34,677 nt of DNA from Candidatus Saccharibacteria bacterium UBA1788 (lineage in GTDB: Bacteria > Patescibacteriota > Saccharimonadia > Saccharimonadales > Saccharimonadaceae), in assembly GCA_002315165.1 (NCBI GenBank), contig DCGC01000040.1:4679-39355 (forward strand), read 5' to 3'. Every line of letters starts with the position of its first letter. The first letter of the stretch is position 1. Position numbers and translations under genes: made by a program. Below the pieces are notes generated by a model. It made no database searches and was not told the origin of the DNA. It saw only the letters and a list, made by a program, of their open reading frames with translations. Shown piece by piece: positions 23,936-33,104 of this stretch.

Positions 23936-25078
23936 ATGGAAACGAATTTTTCAGTCGATCCGAAACTGGCCGAAAGGTTACTTTTCGAAATCGAATCTGA
24001 CCAGATGGGTGGTTGGTATGACCTCCCAAATACATATAACGTTGACGAAATTAAACATATCAAAGAACTCGCAAGAAAAATCCAATCCACATCTAAATTT
24101 TTGGTTTGCATTGGAGTTGGCGGGTCTTATCTCGGCCATCGCGCCGTCATTGAAGCGCTATCTCCAAAATCACCGACCAAAATTCTTTATGCCGGGAACT
24201 CACTTTCTACTCGAGAATTAAATAAAGTCATTGACGAAATCGGCGATGATGATTTTTCGATTCTTGTCATCTCCAAGTCTGGCACTACTATTGAGCCAGC
24301 TCTTGCCTTTGACGCCTTTAAACAAAAGCTTCAAAAAAAATATGGCGAAAAAGATTCCTGCAGTCGTATTTTTGTAACAACCGATGCCAATCATGGCGCG
24401 CTTCACGACGAAGCTATTGCGAACCACTATGGAAGCCTTACTATTCCTAATGACATTGGCGGGCGATATTCTGTCCTGTCAACAGTTGGCTTATTGCCGT
24501 TAGCCGTTGCTAATGTTAATATCGACAAGCTTCTTGAAGGTGCAAAATTCTGTCGCGACAAAATGCTTAATACTGGCGATTTGGGAAATTCAATGTTGGT
24601 ACGTTACGCTTTTGACCGTTACCGCCTCTATAAGAAAGACGGCTGCGACGTAGAGGTTTTGGCTAGCTTTGAACCAAGCATGTTGTATTTTAACGAATGG
24701 TGGAAACAACTTTTTGGTGAATCGGAGGGGAAAAACTATCAAGGCATTTTTCCGGCTTCAGTCGTCTATACGACCGACCTCCATTCTATGGGCCAATATA
24801 TGCAGCAAGGTCGCCGCAATATTTTTGAGACTATTATTGAATTCGCCGATAACTCCGGTGCAAATCTTGCCGCCGAAAAAGCCACGGTTTATGCTCATCG
24901 CTTAGGCGGAATAGAAGTCTTAGAAATTAAAGTTCCGAGTCTCGACGAATTATCACTAGGCTTTTTATTCCAGTTTTTTGAAACCGCATGCGCCCTCTCC
25001 GCGAAACTTATGGGCATCAATCCATTTGACCAACCGGGAGTAGAAGTCTATAAACAAAAAATGCGCGAGCTGTTATAA
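23936..25078 (+). CDS. pgi: Glucose-6-phosphate isomerase (short form)
   Basis: IGVGGSYLG, ISKSGTTIEP, GGRYSVLS, WWKQLFGESEGK, DLHSMGQ, NPFDQPGVE; AGGAGG SD. Confidence 0.96.
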   Translation: METNFSVDPKLAERLLFEIESDQMGGWYDLPNTYNVDEIKHIKELARKIQSTSKFLVCIGVGGSYLGHRAVIEALSPKSPTKILYAGNSLSTRELNKVIDEIGDDDFSILVISKSGTTIEPALAFDAFKQKLQKKYGEKDSCSRIFVTTDANHGALHDEAIANHYGSLTIPNDIGGRYSVLSTVGLLPLAVANVNIDKLLEGAKFCRDKMLNTGDLGNSMLVRYAFDRYRLYKKDGCDVEVLASFEPSMLYFNEWWKQLFGESEGKNYQGIFPASVVYTTDLHSMGQYMQQGRRNIFETIIEFADNSGANLAAEKATVYAHRLGGIEVLEIKVPSLDELSLGFLFQFFETACALSAKLMGINPFDQPGVEVYKQKMRELL

Positions 25079-25085
25079 TATACTT

Positions 25086-26027
25086 ATGGTAAAAAAGAAA
25101 CGTGTCGTTATTGCGCTTGGCGGCAATGCGCTCCAAAAAAACGGCGAAGTTACTGCTGAGGCTCAAAAATCCGTCGCCTCAACAGTAGGTAAGATAATTG
25201 CCGATTTATCGGATAAATATGAAATTGTTGTCACCCACGGCAATGGTCCCCAAGTTGGCAATATCTTAATTCACGAAGAAACTGCCGCGACTGATGCTGC
25301 TCCGGCTATGCCGCTAGAGACTGCTGTCGCCATGAGCGGCGGACAAATTGGCTACTGGCTTTCACAGTCAATTTCTAACGCCTTCCAAAAAAAAGGCAAA
25401 CAGAAAAAAGTCGTTTCAGTTATTACTCAAGTTGAAGTAGACCTTAAGGACCCAGCCTTCCGGCATCCGACAAAACCTATAGGGCAATTCTACTCCGAAA
25501 AGGCAGCACTCGATTTAACAAAGCAAAAAGGTTGGCTCATGAAAGAGGATGCTGGCCGCGGTTGGCGACGAGTCGTACCTTCTCCAAAACCAAAAGATAT
25601 TATCGAAAAACGCGAAATCTCCGACCTGATTAACTCCGGCGCAATCGTCGTCGCTGTTGGTGGTGGTGGTATTCCAGTCTATCGCACTAAAATTCTACGC
25701 GTATTAAAAGGCGTTGACGCCGTTATCGATAAGGACTTCGCCGCTGAAAAACTCGCAGAGCTTATTAAGGCGGACATCTTTGTTTCCGTCACGGCCGTTC
25801 CTTTTGCCTATCTAAATTACGGCACAGAAGACGCAATTGCACTCCAAAAAATCACTCCGCGCGAAGCTGAACAATATGCTAAATCCGGTTATTTTAAAGC
25901 AGGCTCGATGCTCCCAAAAATCGAAGCCGTTACGGCCTTTGCTAAAAAAAGAAAAATAGGCATCATTACTTCAATCGAAAACCTCGAAGAAGCCTTAGAA
26001 GGCAAAACTGGGACAATTGTTAGCTAA
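25086..26027 (+). CDS. arcC: Carbamate kinase
   Basis: VIALGGNAL, THGNGPQVG, PTKPIG, EDAGRGWRRVVPSP, AVIDKD, GSMLPK. Confidence 0.96.
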   Translation: MVKKKRVVIALGGNALQKNGEVTAEAQKSVASTVGKIIADLSDKYEIVVTHGNGPQVGNILIHEETAATDAAPAMPLETAVAMSGGQIGYWLSQSISNAFQKKGKQKKVVSVITQVEVDLKDPAFRHPTKPIGQFYSEKAALDLTKQKGWLMKEDAGRGWRRVVPSPKPKDIIEKREISDLINSGAIVVAVGGGGIPVYRTKILRVLKGVDAVIDKDFAAEKLAELIKADIFVSVTAVPFAYLNYGTEDAIALQKITPREAEQYAKSGYFKAGSMLPKIEAVTAFAKKRKIGIITSIENLEEALEGKTGTIVS

Positions 26028-26067
26028 AACGCTTGCGCTTAAAAAATATCATAATATAATAATATAC

Positions 26068-27093
26068 ATGGAAGATAAGTATATTTTGTCGCATTCGCAA
26101 CCTACGCGAAAAGATTATATAGATACTGAAGATTTTGACCAATCAGAAATCTTAGATCTCATTAATCTTTCTCGAACAGTTCGCGATTATATAAAATCTG
26201 GTGGGGTTTTAGACACTCTATACCACCGTTCTTTAGCAATGATTTTTGAACAAAAATCAACGCGTACTAGAGTCTCATTCGAAGTCGCCATGGAGCAACT
26301 TGGAGGACACGCTCTCAATCTCGCTCCAGGTGCTATTCAACTTGGTGGGCACGAAACAATTGAAGATACTGCTCAAGTTATTGGGCGCATGTGTGATATG
26401 ATTATGTCTCGCGTTGATCGTCATGAATCAATCCAAGCTCTTGCCAAATATGCAGCGGTTCCAGTCATCAATGGAATGTCCGATCGTAGCCACCCTACGC
26501 AAGGACTTGGCGATATAATCACTATCTTCGATCATCTTCCTGCCAATAAATCCCTAAACGAAGTTAAAGTTATTTTTGTAGGCGACTGTACTCAGGTATG
26601 CAATACACTATGCGAGATGACCACAAAGCTCGGTATGAATTTTGTCCATTATGCCCCAAAAAACAAATGGCTGAGCGAAGAATTTTTGCAACTTGGTCGT
26701 AAAAATGTTGAACAATATGGCGGGTCATGTGAAGTTTCTGATGATCCGAAATGCCTCAAAGGCGCAGATTTTATTTATACCGATGTTTGGTACGGCCTTT
26801 ACGACAAAGAAACTCCAAAAGAAGTCTACATGAAGGACTTCTATCCTAAATACCAAGTAAACGACGACATGATTGCTGCGACTCATAATCCAAGCGTAAA
26901 GTTCATGCACTGCCTTCCAGCTAATCGCAATGAAGAAGTTACAGATTCAGTGCTCGATGGTCCTCACTCTGCCGCTTGGGATCAAGCCGAAAATCGCCTC
27001 ACGGCGCAACGCGGTTTAGTATTGTATTTTGGCCAGGTTGCTCAAGCAACGCTCGATTATATAAAACAACAAAAGGAGGGCAACAATGCCTAG
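26068..27093 (+). CDS. aguB: Putrescine carbamoyltransferase
   Basis: STRTRVSF, HPTQ, HCLP transcarbamylase motifs plus QLGGHETIEDT and TDVWYGLY (PTC type; OTC has SMG). Start revised to ATG 26068 after TTGCGC-16-TATAAT. Confidence 0.9.
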   Translation: MEDKYILSHSQPTRKDYIDTEDFDQSEILDLINLSRTVRDYIKSGGVLDTLYHRSLAMIFEQKSTRTRVSFEVAMEQLGGHALNLAPGAIQLGGHETIEDTAQVIGRMCDMIMSRVDRHESIQALAKYAAVPVINGMSDRSHPTQGLGDIITIFDHLPANKSLNEVKVIFVGDCTQVCNTLCEMTTKLGMNFVHYAPKNKWLSEEFLQLGRKNVEQYGGSCEVSDDPKCLKGADFIYTDVWYGLYDKETPKEVYMKDFYPKYQVNDDMIAATHNPSVKFMHCLPANRNEEVTDSVLDGPHSAAWDQAENRLTAQRGLVLYFGQVAQATLDYIKQQKEGNNA

Positions 27094-28525
27094 TAAAAAA
27101 CGTAAATTCAGGCTGTTTAGTGCAGTTCTCGCTACAGTCTGTATAATCCTCGTAGGAGATGCCGTCGCGCCTACCGCGTCGATTGGTAATTCTCAGTATG
27201 CGTGGTGGATCTTAATGATTGTTGGGTTCTTCGTGCCTTATGCCTTGATTTCTGCCGAGCTTGGCACCCAATATCCTTCAGAAGGTGGTATGTATACATG
27301 GGTCAAAAACGCCTTTGGTGCGAAATGGGCCAGCCGCGTTGCTTGGTTCTATTGGGTTAACTATCCTCTTTGGATTGCCTCTCTTGCCGACTTGGTCACC
27401 TCACTATTAATGACCATGCTTGGCATTGATTTGTCTATCCAGATGGTATTAGCAATACAACTTGTATATATCGCCCTCGTCACAATACTCGGTATGCTGC
27501 GCATTAGTCAGTCAGCTTGGGTTTCAAATATCGGCGCAATTATTAAGTTCGCCATCCTTGCTGGTATTGGTGGTTTGGGTATCTATGTTCTTTTGACTCA
27601 AGGTACAGCCAACCCTATCGAATCATGGCACGATCTTGTTCCTCTCGCATCTGCGGACGGCGGTATTGATTGGACCGGTGTTTCATTTGTATCTCTTATC
27701 ATCTTTAACATGCTCGGCTTTGAAGTCGTCTCTACCTTCTATGATGATATGGACAAGCCAAAAAAACAAATTCCTCAAGCCATTATTCTTGGCGGTATCT
27801 TGATCGCTGTTTTTTATCTGCTCCCGTCGTTCGGTATTGGCGTAGGTACTGCAGTTTCAGACATCTCTACTGACACTGGGCTCCTTGATAGTTACAATAT
27901 TCTCCTCGCGAACGTCGGGCTGAGTGCTGGCGCTATCAACGCCGTTATCGTCACTGTTGGAGGTTTATTTATCTACACTTTAATTGCCAACATTTCCTCA
28001 TGGAACTTTGGTGTTTATTCGGTCATTGCTTATTCTGCAGAAGATGGTATGTTCCCGAAGTCTTGGACCAAACGCAATAAAGATGGCGTTCCGTATGTAA
28101 TCTCTATCGTCACCGGATTAGTCGCTGCCGCTCTCGCAATTACAGGTATTGTGCTTAACTTCTTCTTCCCGGATTGGGAAGTCGGCCAAAACGTTTTCTG
28201 GGCATTCTTCGACCTTAGCTTGACCTGTTTGTTGCTAAGTTACATTCCAATGTTCGCAGCGTTTATAAAGCTTCATAAAAACGGTAAACAAGTCAAAAAC
28301 GGCTATTGGCTCAAAGTTAGTCCAGTCATGCGCTGGATTATGGGCGTCATCCCTATGTTGCTTCTTATAGTTTCATTATTCTTCACCTTGATTCCTGCCC
28401 TAGAAACAGAAGCAATTTTGGACAATATGACTCTTATCGTTAGTACGCTCGTATGCGTTCTTGTCGGCGAGATTTTAGTGATAAGAGTAAAGGATAAAAA
28501 GACCAAAAAATTGGCCGCTAAATAA
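27086..28525 (+). CDS. aguD: Agmatine/putrescine antiporter (APC family)
   Basis: About 12 TM; KFRLFSAVL...IGNSQ, AELGTQYPSEGGMYTWV, GFEV; sits between aguB and aguA; AAGGAGG SD. Confidence 0.88.
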   Translation: MPSKKRKFRLFSAVLATVCIILVGDAVAPTASIGNSQYAWWILMIVGFFVPYALISAELGTQYPSEGGMYTWVKNAFGAKWASRVAWFYWVNYPLWIASLADLVTSLLMTMLGIDLSIQMVLAIQLVYIALVTILGMLRISQSAWVSNIGAIIKFAILAGIGGLGIYVLLTQGTANPIESWHDLVPLASADGGIDWTGVSFVSLIIFNMLGFEVVSTFYDDMDKPKKQIPQAIILGGILIAVFYLLPSFGIGVGTAVSDISTDTGLLDSYNILLANVGLSAGAINAVIVTVGGLFIYTLIANISSWNFGVYSVIAYSAEDGMFPKSWTKRNKDGVPYVISIVTGLVAAALAITGIVLNFFFPDWEVGQNVFWAFFDLSLTCLLLSYIPMFAAFIKLHKNGKQVKNGYWLKVSPVMRWIMGVIPMLLLIVSLFFTLIPALETEAILDNMTLIVSTLVCVLVGEILVIRVKDKKTKKLAAK

Positions 28526-28556
28526 AAATAAAAGCAGTGGGAGAATAGGAAAAGAA

Positions 28557-29657
28557 ATGAGAATTAACGATACAACTCCAAAGCAAGACGGATTTCATAT
28601 GCCATCCGAGCTCGCCGAACATAAATGCACATACTTACTTTGGCCGGAACGTCCAGATAACTGGCGCAACGGTGCAAAGCCTGCACAAAAAGCTTTCAGA
28701 CAAGTAGTGGAAGCTATTGCGAAGCACGAACCGGTTGTTCTTGGGGTTAATCAGTCTCAATACAGCCACGTTCTCGGTATGAACATGAAAAATGTCCAAG
28801 TAGTCGAAATTTCCAATAACGACTCTTGGGTTCGTGACACTGGCGCCACTTTTGTCGTCAATAATAATGGTGATATGCGCGCCATCGACTGGGCTTTCAA
28901 TGGCTACGGTGGTTTAGTGAATGGCATCTACTTCCCGTGGGATTTAGATGACGCTATTGCCGCCAAAATGACAGCTATCGAAAATGTCGATCGCTATCGT
29001 TTGGATGATTTTGTCCTAGAGGGCGGCTCTATTCATTCTGATGGTGAAGGCACAATCTTAGTCACTGAAGAGACTTTACTATCCGAAGGTCGCAACCCAG
29101 ATAAAACTAAAGAAGAAATCGAACAAATCCTTCTTGAATACTTAGGAGCCGAAAAAGTCCTTTGGGTTCCAAAGGGGATTTATATGGACGAAGACACGAA
29201 TGGCCACGTCGATAATATAGTTCAATTCATTGCTCCAGGTAAGGTCATCTTGGCTTGGGAAGATAATCCGGAGGACCCTCAACACGAGCGTTCCCAAATG
29301 GCCTATAACTATCTTATGAGTGAGACTGACGCTAAAGGTCGCCATCTTGAAATTGTCAAGCTTCATGTTCCTAATGTAGTCACAATCACAAAAGAAGAAT
29401 CCGAAGGCATTGATTCTGTCGAAGGCACTTTCCCTCGCAATGAAGGTGATAGGCTCCCAGCATCGTATATTAACTATTACAACTGCAATGGTGCGATCAT
29501 TCTTCCGTTATTTAACGACCCACACGATCAAGCCGCGGTTGAAACTCTCCAACAATGCTTCCCAGATCGCGTAATTGAAACGATTCCGTTAGCTCGCGAA
29601 ATTCTTCTCGGTGGTGGAAATATTCACTGCATAACACAACAGGTGCCAAAAGCTTAA
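28557..29657 (+). CDS. aguA: Agmatine deiminase
   Basis: TPKQDGFHMP, WPERPDNWR, WVRDTG, LEGGSIH, TNGHVD, GGGNIHCITQQ. Confidence 0.96.
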   Translation: MRINDTTPKQDGFHMPSELAEHKCTYLLWPERPDNWRNGAKPAQKAFRQVVEAIAKHEPVVLGVNQSQYSHVLGMNMKNVQVVEISNNDSWVRDTGATFVVNNNGDMRAIDWAFNGYGGLVNGIYFPWDLDDAIAAKMTAIENVDRYRLDDFVLEGGSIHSDGEGTILVTEETLLSEGRNPDKTKEEIEQILLEYLGAEKVLWVPKGIYMDEDTNGHVDNIVQFIAPGKVILAWEDNPEDPQHERSQMAYNYLMSETDAKGRHLEIVKLHVPNVVTITKEESEGIDSVEGTFPRNEGDRLPASYINYYNCNGAIILPLFNDPHDQAAVETLQQCFPDRVIETIPLAREILLGGGNIHCITQQVPKA

Positions 29658-29660
29658 AAC

Positions 29661-29688
29661 AAAAAATAGCCCCGCAAGGGGCTTTTTT
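29661..29688. terminator. Bidirectional intrinsic terminator
   Basis: A-run, AGCCCC-GCAA-GGGGCT, T-run. Confidence 0.88.
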
Positions 29689-29689
29689 G

Positions 29690-30607
29690 TTACCTAGCAA
29701 TTACTATACCAATTACCAACAAAATAATTGCGATTAAGTGAGTCAATATAGTCCTCTTCTGAAGCTTCTCTCGTCCAAACTTTGGCCAAACTAAAGTTAA
29801 AAGCAAACCAAGCAAAAAAGTAAAAACAACTTCAGTCGCCGTTCCCGTAGCCGATACTATTGCCATAGGAGCTAAAAGTAGAGCAAAGCGATAAATCAAA
29901 TCGCTAGAAATTTCTAATACATAATCAGTCATCAAAACCCACCAGAATTTTAGCTTGCCACTTTTCATCATTTTGAAACAATACTTGCGCTCCTTTTTCA
30001 GGAAAAAAGTTACAATTATAAAGTCCACAATTGCCCTTCCTATTAATATATACATTAAAGTGGTAGCATAATCGTGATTATCCCCAGCCGCAACAAAGCA
30101 CAAGTCTGACATAGCCCATATTATGGCAGCTAAGCTAGTCAATAGAATTGCCCGCATTCCGAACTTTTTTGTTCTTTTATTCCTAAAGGCTACAGTCACA
30201 AAAGAGGCAAGTATAATTAAAATAAAAGAAATGAGTTGCAGAGTTGACAACCCCTCACCCAATAACCATATACCCAACAATAAGCAAAAGATTGGCTCGG
30301 TTTGAGAAAAAATTTCCGTAGCAGTAGAATCTTCTTTTGTTAGTGCTAAATAATACGGAATCAAAGCCAGCGAATACAAAGCTCCTACGGCTACAAAAAG
30401 TAAAGCTGTAGTCAAGCCTACTTTTTCAAGCGAAAAAAATACAGCAATAATTATAATTACAATTGGATGTAAAAATAGATAAACTATTTTTTGGGCAAAA
30501 GGAGATTTATTTTTGAAAAGCACATCGACGGCGTAATTGTCTAAGAATACAGTTAATGCAGTAAAAAGAGAAGCGATACAGGCTAATAATATCCACCAAC
30601 GTTCCAT
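29690..30607 (-). CDS. EamA/DMT-family transporter
   Basis: 305 aa, about 10 TM in two repeats; EPIFCLLLGIWLLGEGLS motif. Confidence 0.85.
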   Translation of the reverse strand: MERWWILLACIASLFTALTVFLDNYAVDVLFKNKSPFAQKIVYLFLHPIVIIIIAVFFSLEKVGLTTALLFVAVGALYSLALIPYYLALTKEDSTATEIFSQTEPIFCLLLGIWLLGEGLSTLQLISFILIILASFVTVAFRNKRTKKFGMRAILLTSLAAIIWAMSDLCFVAAGDNHDYATTLMYILIGRAIVDFIIVTFFLKKERKYCFKMMKSGKLKFWWVLMTDYVLEISSDLIYRFALLLAPMAIVSATGTATEVVFTFLLGLLLTLVWPKFGREKLQKRTILTHLIAIILLVIGIVIAR

Positions 30608-30611
30608 ACAT

Positions 30612-30639
30612 ATATTTTAACATAATCATGTTATAATAT
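30612..30639. promoter_or_regulatory. Palindromic bidirectional leaderless promoters (EamA / gpmI)
   Basis: ATATTTTAACAT-AATC-ATGTTATAATAT; each -10 lies 6 nt from an ATG. Confidence 0.8.
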
Positions 30640-30643
30640 CTCT

Positions 30644-32227
30644 ATGGATAAATTACAATATGATGGCCCGGTCGTCCTCGCTGTTCTTGATGGTGTTGGT
30701 TTAAACGATAAGACCGAAGGTAATGCTTTTAAAAAAGCCTACACGCCTTTTCTTGACAAAGCAATGCGCGATTATCTCACAATCCCGCTTGAAGCTTCCG
30801 GTGGAGCGGTGGGTGTTCTTCCTTATAATATGGGCAATTCCGAAGTTGGGCATAATGCTATTGGCTCGGGACAAATTGTTAAACAGGGTATCGCACGTGT
30901 TGAAGACGCGCTAGATACCGGTAAAATTTGGGAAAATCCTAACTGGCATAATATTATTGAAAACGTTAAGTCTAATAATTCTGTTTTGCATTTCGCTGGT
31001 ATTTTTTCCGACGGCAACATTCATAGTAGTATATCTCACCTTGAGCGCATGATTAAACGTGCCAACGAAGAGGGCATTAAAACTATCCGTGTCCACCTTA
31101 TGATTGATGGGCGCGACGTTCCTCCTCAGTCTGAGCCGAAATATATTAATCAGCTCGAAACTTTCTTTAAAACTTTCCAAGACGTTGACTATAAAATAGC
31201 CTCCGGCGGTGGCCGCATGGTTGTCGTGTCCGATCGCTACGAAAACGACTGGGGCATGGTCAAAAAAGGTTGGGATATGATGGTTCATGGCGACGCCGAG
31301 CACCGTTTTCGCTCTGCGCTTGAGGCTATAGAATTTTTCCGCAGGGAAGACCCAGCAATCCAAGACCAATATCTTCCTCCTTTTGTGATAGTCGACGAAT
31401 CTAGCAATCCAGTCGGCCCAGTTCGTGACGGTGATTCTTTTATTTTCTACGATTTTCGCGCCGATCGTGCGATAGAAATTGCTATGGCTTTCACTTATAA
31501 CGATTTCCCGTATTTTGACCGAGGCTACCGCCCTAATGTCTGTTTTGCTGGCATGACCGAATATAATTCCGACACTCATGTCCCGGCGCTAACTTTAGTT
31601 GCACCGGTCTATATCGAAAACACCCTCAATCAATTCCTTGGCTCTAAAGGTATTTCCCAATTTGCAGTCTCCGAAGCCGTAAAATTTGGACATATTACCT
31701 ACTATTTCAATGGCAATAGTTATGCAAAAGCTCCAGGAGAAGATCATTTCTATATCCAGTCAGACCTTACCGATTTTAATATTCGTCCATGGATGAAATC
31801 TGCCGATATTGCTGACTCCGTTATTGACAATTTAGAATCCCACAAATTTTTGCGTCTCAATTTTCCAAATGGTGATATGGTTGGGCATTATGCTGAAATG
31901 GAAAGTTCCATAATCGCAATGGAATCAATCGATCTCGCCCTATCTCGCATCGCTAAAAAAGTTGATGAAATGGGCGGCATGATGATTATTTGTGCTGATC
32001 ATGGTAATGTTGAAGAGCTTCAAGACACTAATGGCGAAGCTAAGACTTCCCATACCCTCAACAAAGTGCCATGTATTTTCTATGACAACACTAAAAATCG
32101 TGACCGCTATGTATTTAGCAATATTCCTGACGCCGGATTATCTAATATTGCTGCTTCTATTGCAACAATTCTTGGCGAGAACGACTATCCAAGCGAATGG
32201 CGAAAAAGTCTTATAAAAGTGGTATAA
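30644..32227 (+). CDS. gpmI: 2,3-bisphosphoglycerate-independent phosphoglycerate mutase
   Basis: VLDGVG, MGNSEVGH, DGRDVPP, FRADRA, NGDMVGH, ADHGN, SHT. Confidence 0.96.
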   Translation: MDKLQYDGPVVLAVLDGVGLNDKTEGNAFKKAYTPFLDKAMRDYLTIPLEASGGAVGVLPYNMGNSEVGHNAIGSGQIVKQGIARVEDALDTGKIWENPNWHNIIENVKSNNSVLHFAGIFSDGNIHSSISHLERMIKRANEEGIKTIRVHLMIDGRDVPPQSEPKYINQLETFFKTFQDVDYKIASGGGRMVVVSDRYENDWGMVKKGWDMMVHGDAEHRFRSALEAIEFFRREDPAIQDQYLPPFVIVDESSNPVGPVRDGDSFIFYDFRADRAIEIAMAFTYNDFPYFDRGYRPNVCFAGMTEYNSDTHVPALTLVAPVYIENTLNQFLGSKGISQFAVSEAVKFGHITYYFNGNSYAKAPGEDHFYIQSDLTDFNIRPWMKSADIADSVIDNLESHKFLRLNFPNGDMVGHYAEMESSIIAMESIDLALSRIAKKVDEMGGMMIICADHGNVEELQDTNGEAKTSHTLNKVPCIFYDNTKNRDRYVFSNIPDAGLSNIAASIATILGENDYPSEWRKSLIKVV

Positions 32228-32267
32228 TGTCTTTATTCGAGTAAACCCTAAGGAGGTATTAAATATC

Positions 32268-33104
32268 ATGCCTATTACAAAAGCGATTATTCCGGTTGCC
32301 GGATGGGGAACCCGTCGTTTGCCAATTACGAAGATTATCGAAAAATCCATGTTGCCAGTAGGCAACCGACCGTTAGTTGATTATTCTGTTCAAGAACTTA
32401 TCAAAGCTGGCGTCAAAGATATTTATATGGTTATCTCCAATGTTGAGCCATGCCAAGTCCGTCAATTCTATTCAGAAAACCATGCATTGAACGATTATCT
32501 TACAGCTCGCGGCAAGATGGACCGTCTCGAATTAGCTAAAACCTTGCCAGAAGATGTTCATATCCATTATATTTCACAAGACCCAGCCGGTCGTTATGGC
32601 ACTGCCGTTCCTATCGCAATGGTTGCCGAAGAATACAATCTTAACGAACCAGTCTTTGTCTTTTTTGGCGATGATTTTATTTGGAACCCAGACGGGGAAT
32701 CAGCTGCTGAATCTCTTCTTAAATCCTTAAAATCCGATACCGATTCAGCAATCCTTGGCGTTGAGGTTCCGAAAGAGGAAGTCGTTAAATATGGAGAAAT
32801 TACCACCGAGAACGGAATTCTCAAAAAAATCATTGAAAAACCTGCTCTAGAAGATGTTGTTTCTAATCTCGTTCACGTTTCTAAGTTTATTATGTCCCCA
32901 GCCCTTATCCAGGAAATGGTCGAATATGTTAAGTCTCATGATTTTGGGCCAAAAGACCAAGAATATATGGCCACCGATCCTCTTGAGACCTTCGTAGAAA
33001 AAGGCGGAATTGTTCGTGTCGCTCCAACCTCTGGACAATACCTCGATGGCGGCTCTCTCGACGGCTGGATTCACGCAAATAATGTCGTTTGCGGGAAAAA
33101 ATAA
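32268..33104 (+). CDS. Sugar-phosphate nucleotidyltransferase, GalU-like
   Basis: KAIIPVAGWGTRRLPITK..KSMLPVGNRP, GDD, IEKP, YLDGG; AAGGAGG SD. Confidence 0.85.
   Translation: MPITKAIIPVAGWGTRRLPITKIIEKSMLPVGNRPLVDYSVQELIKAGVKDIYMVISNVEPCQVRQFYSENHALNDYLTARGKMDRLELAKTLPEDVHIHYISQDPAGRYGTAVPIAMVAEEYNLNEPVFVFFGDDFIWNPDGESAAESLLKSLKSDTDSAILGVEVPKEEVVKYGEITTENGILKKIIEKPALEDVVSNLVHVSKFIMSPALIQEMVEYVKSHDFGPKDQEYMATDPLETFVEKGGIVRVAPTSGQYLDGGSLDGWIHANNVVCGKK

Noticed and set aside
23832-24111. Minus-strand ORFs over tRNA-Leu and pgi
   Set aside because: Antisense to a clear tRNA and a conserved gene.
25086-29657. Arginine deiminase system (arcABCD)
   Set aside because: The deiminase has AguA motifs (GGGNIHCITQQ) and the transcarbamylase has YGLY rather than the OTC SMG loop.
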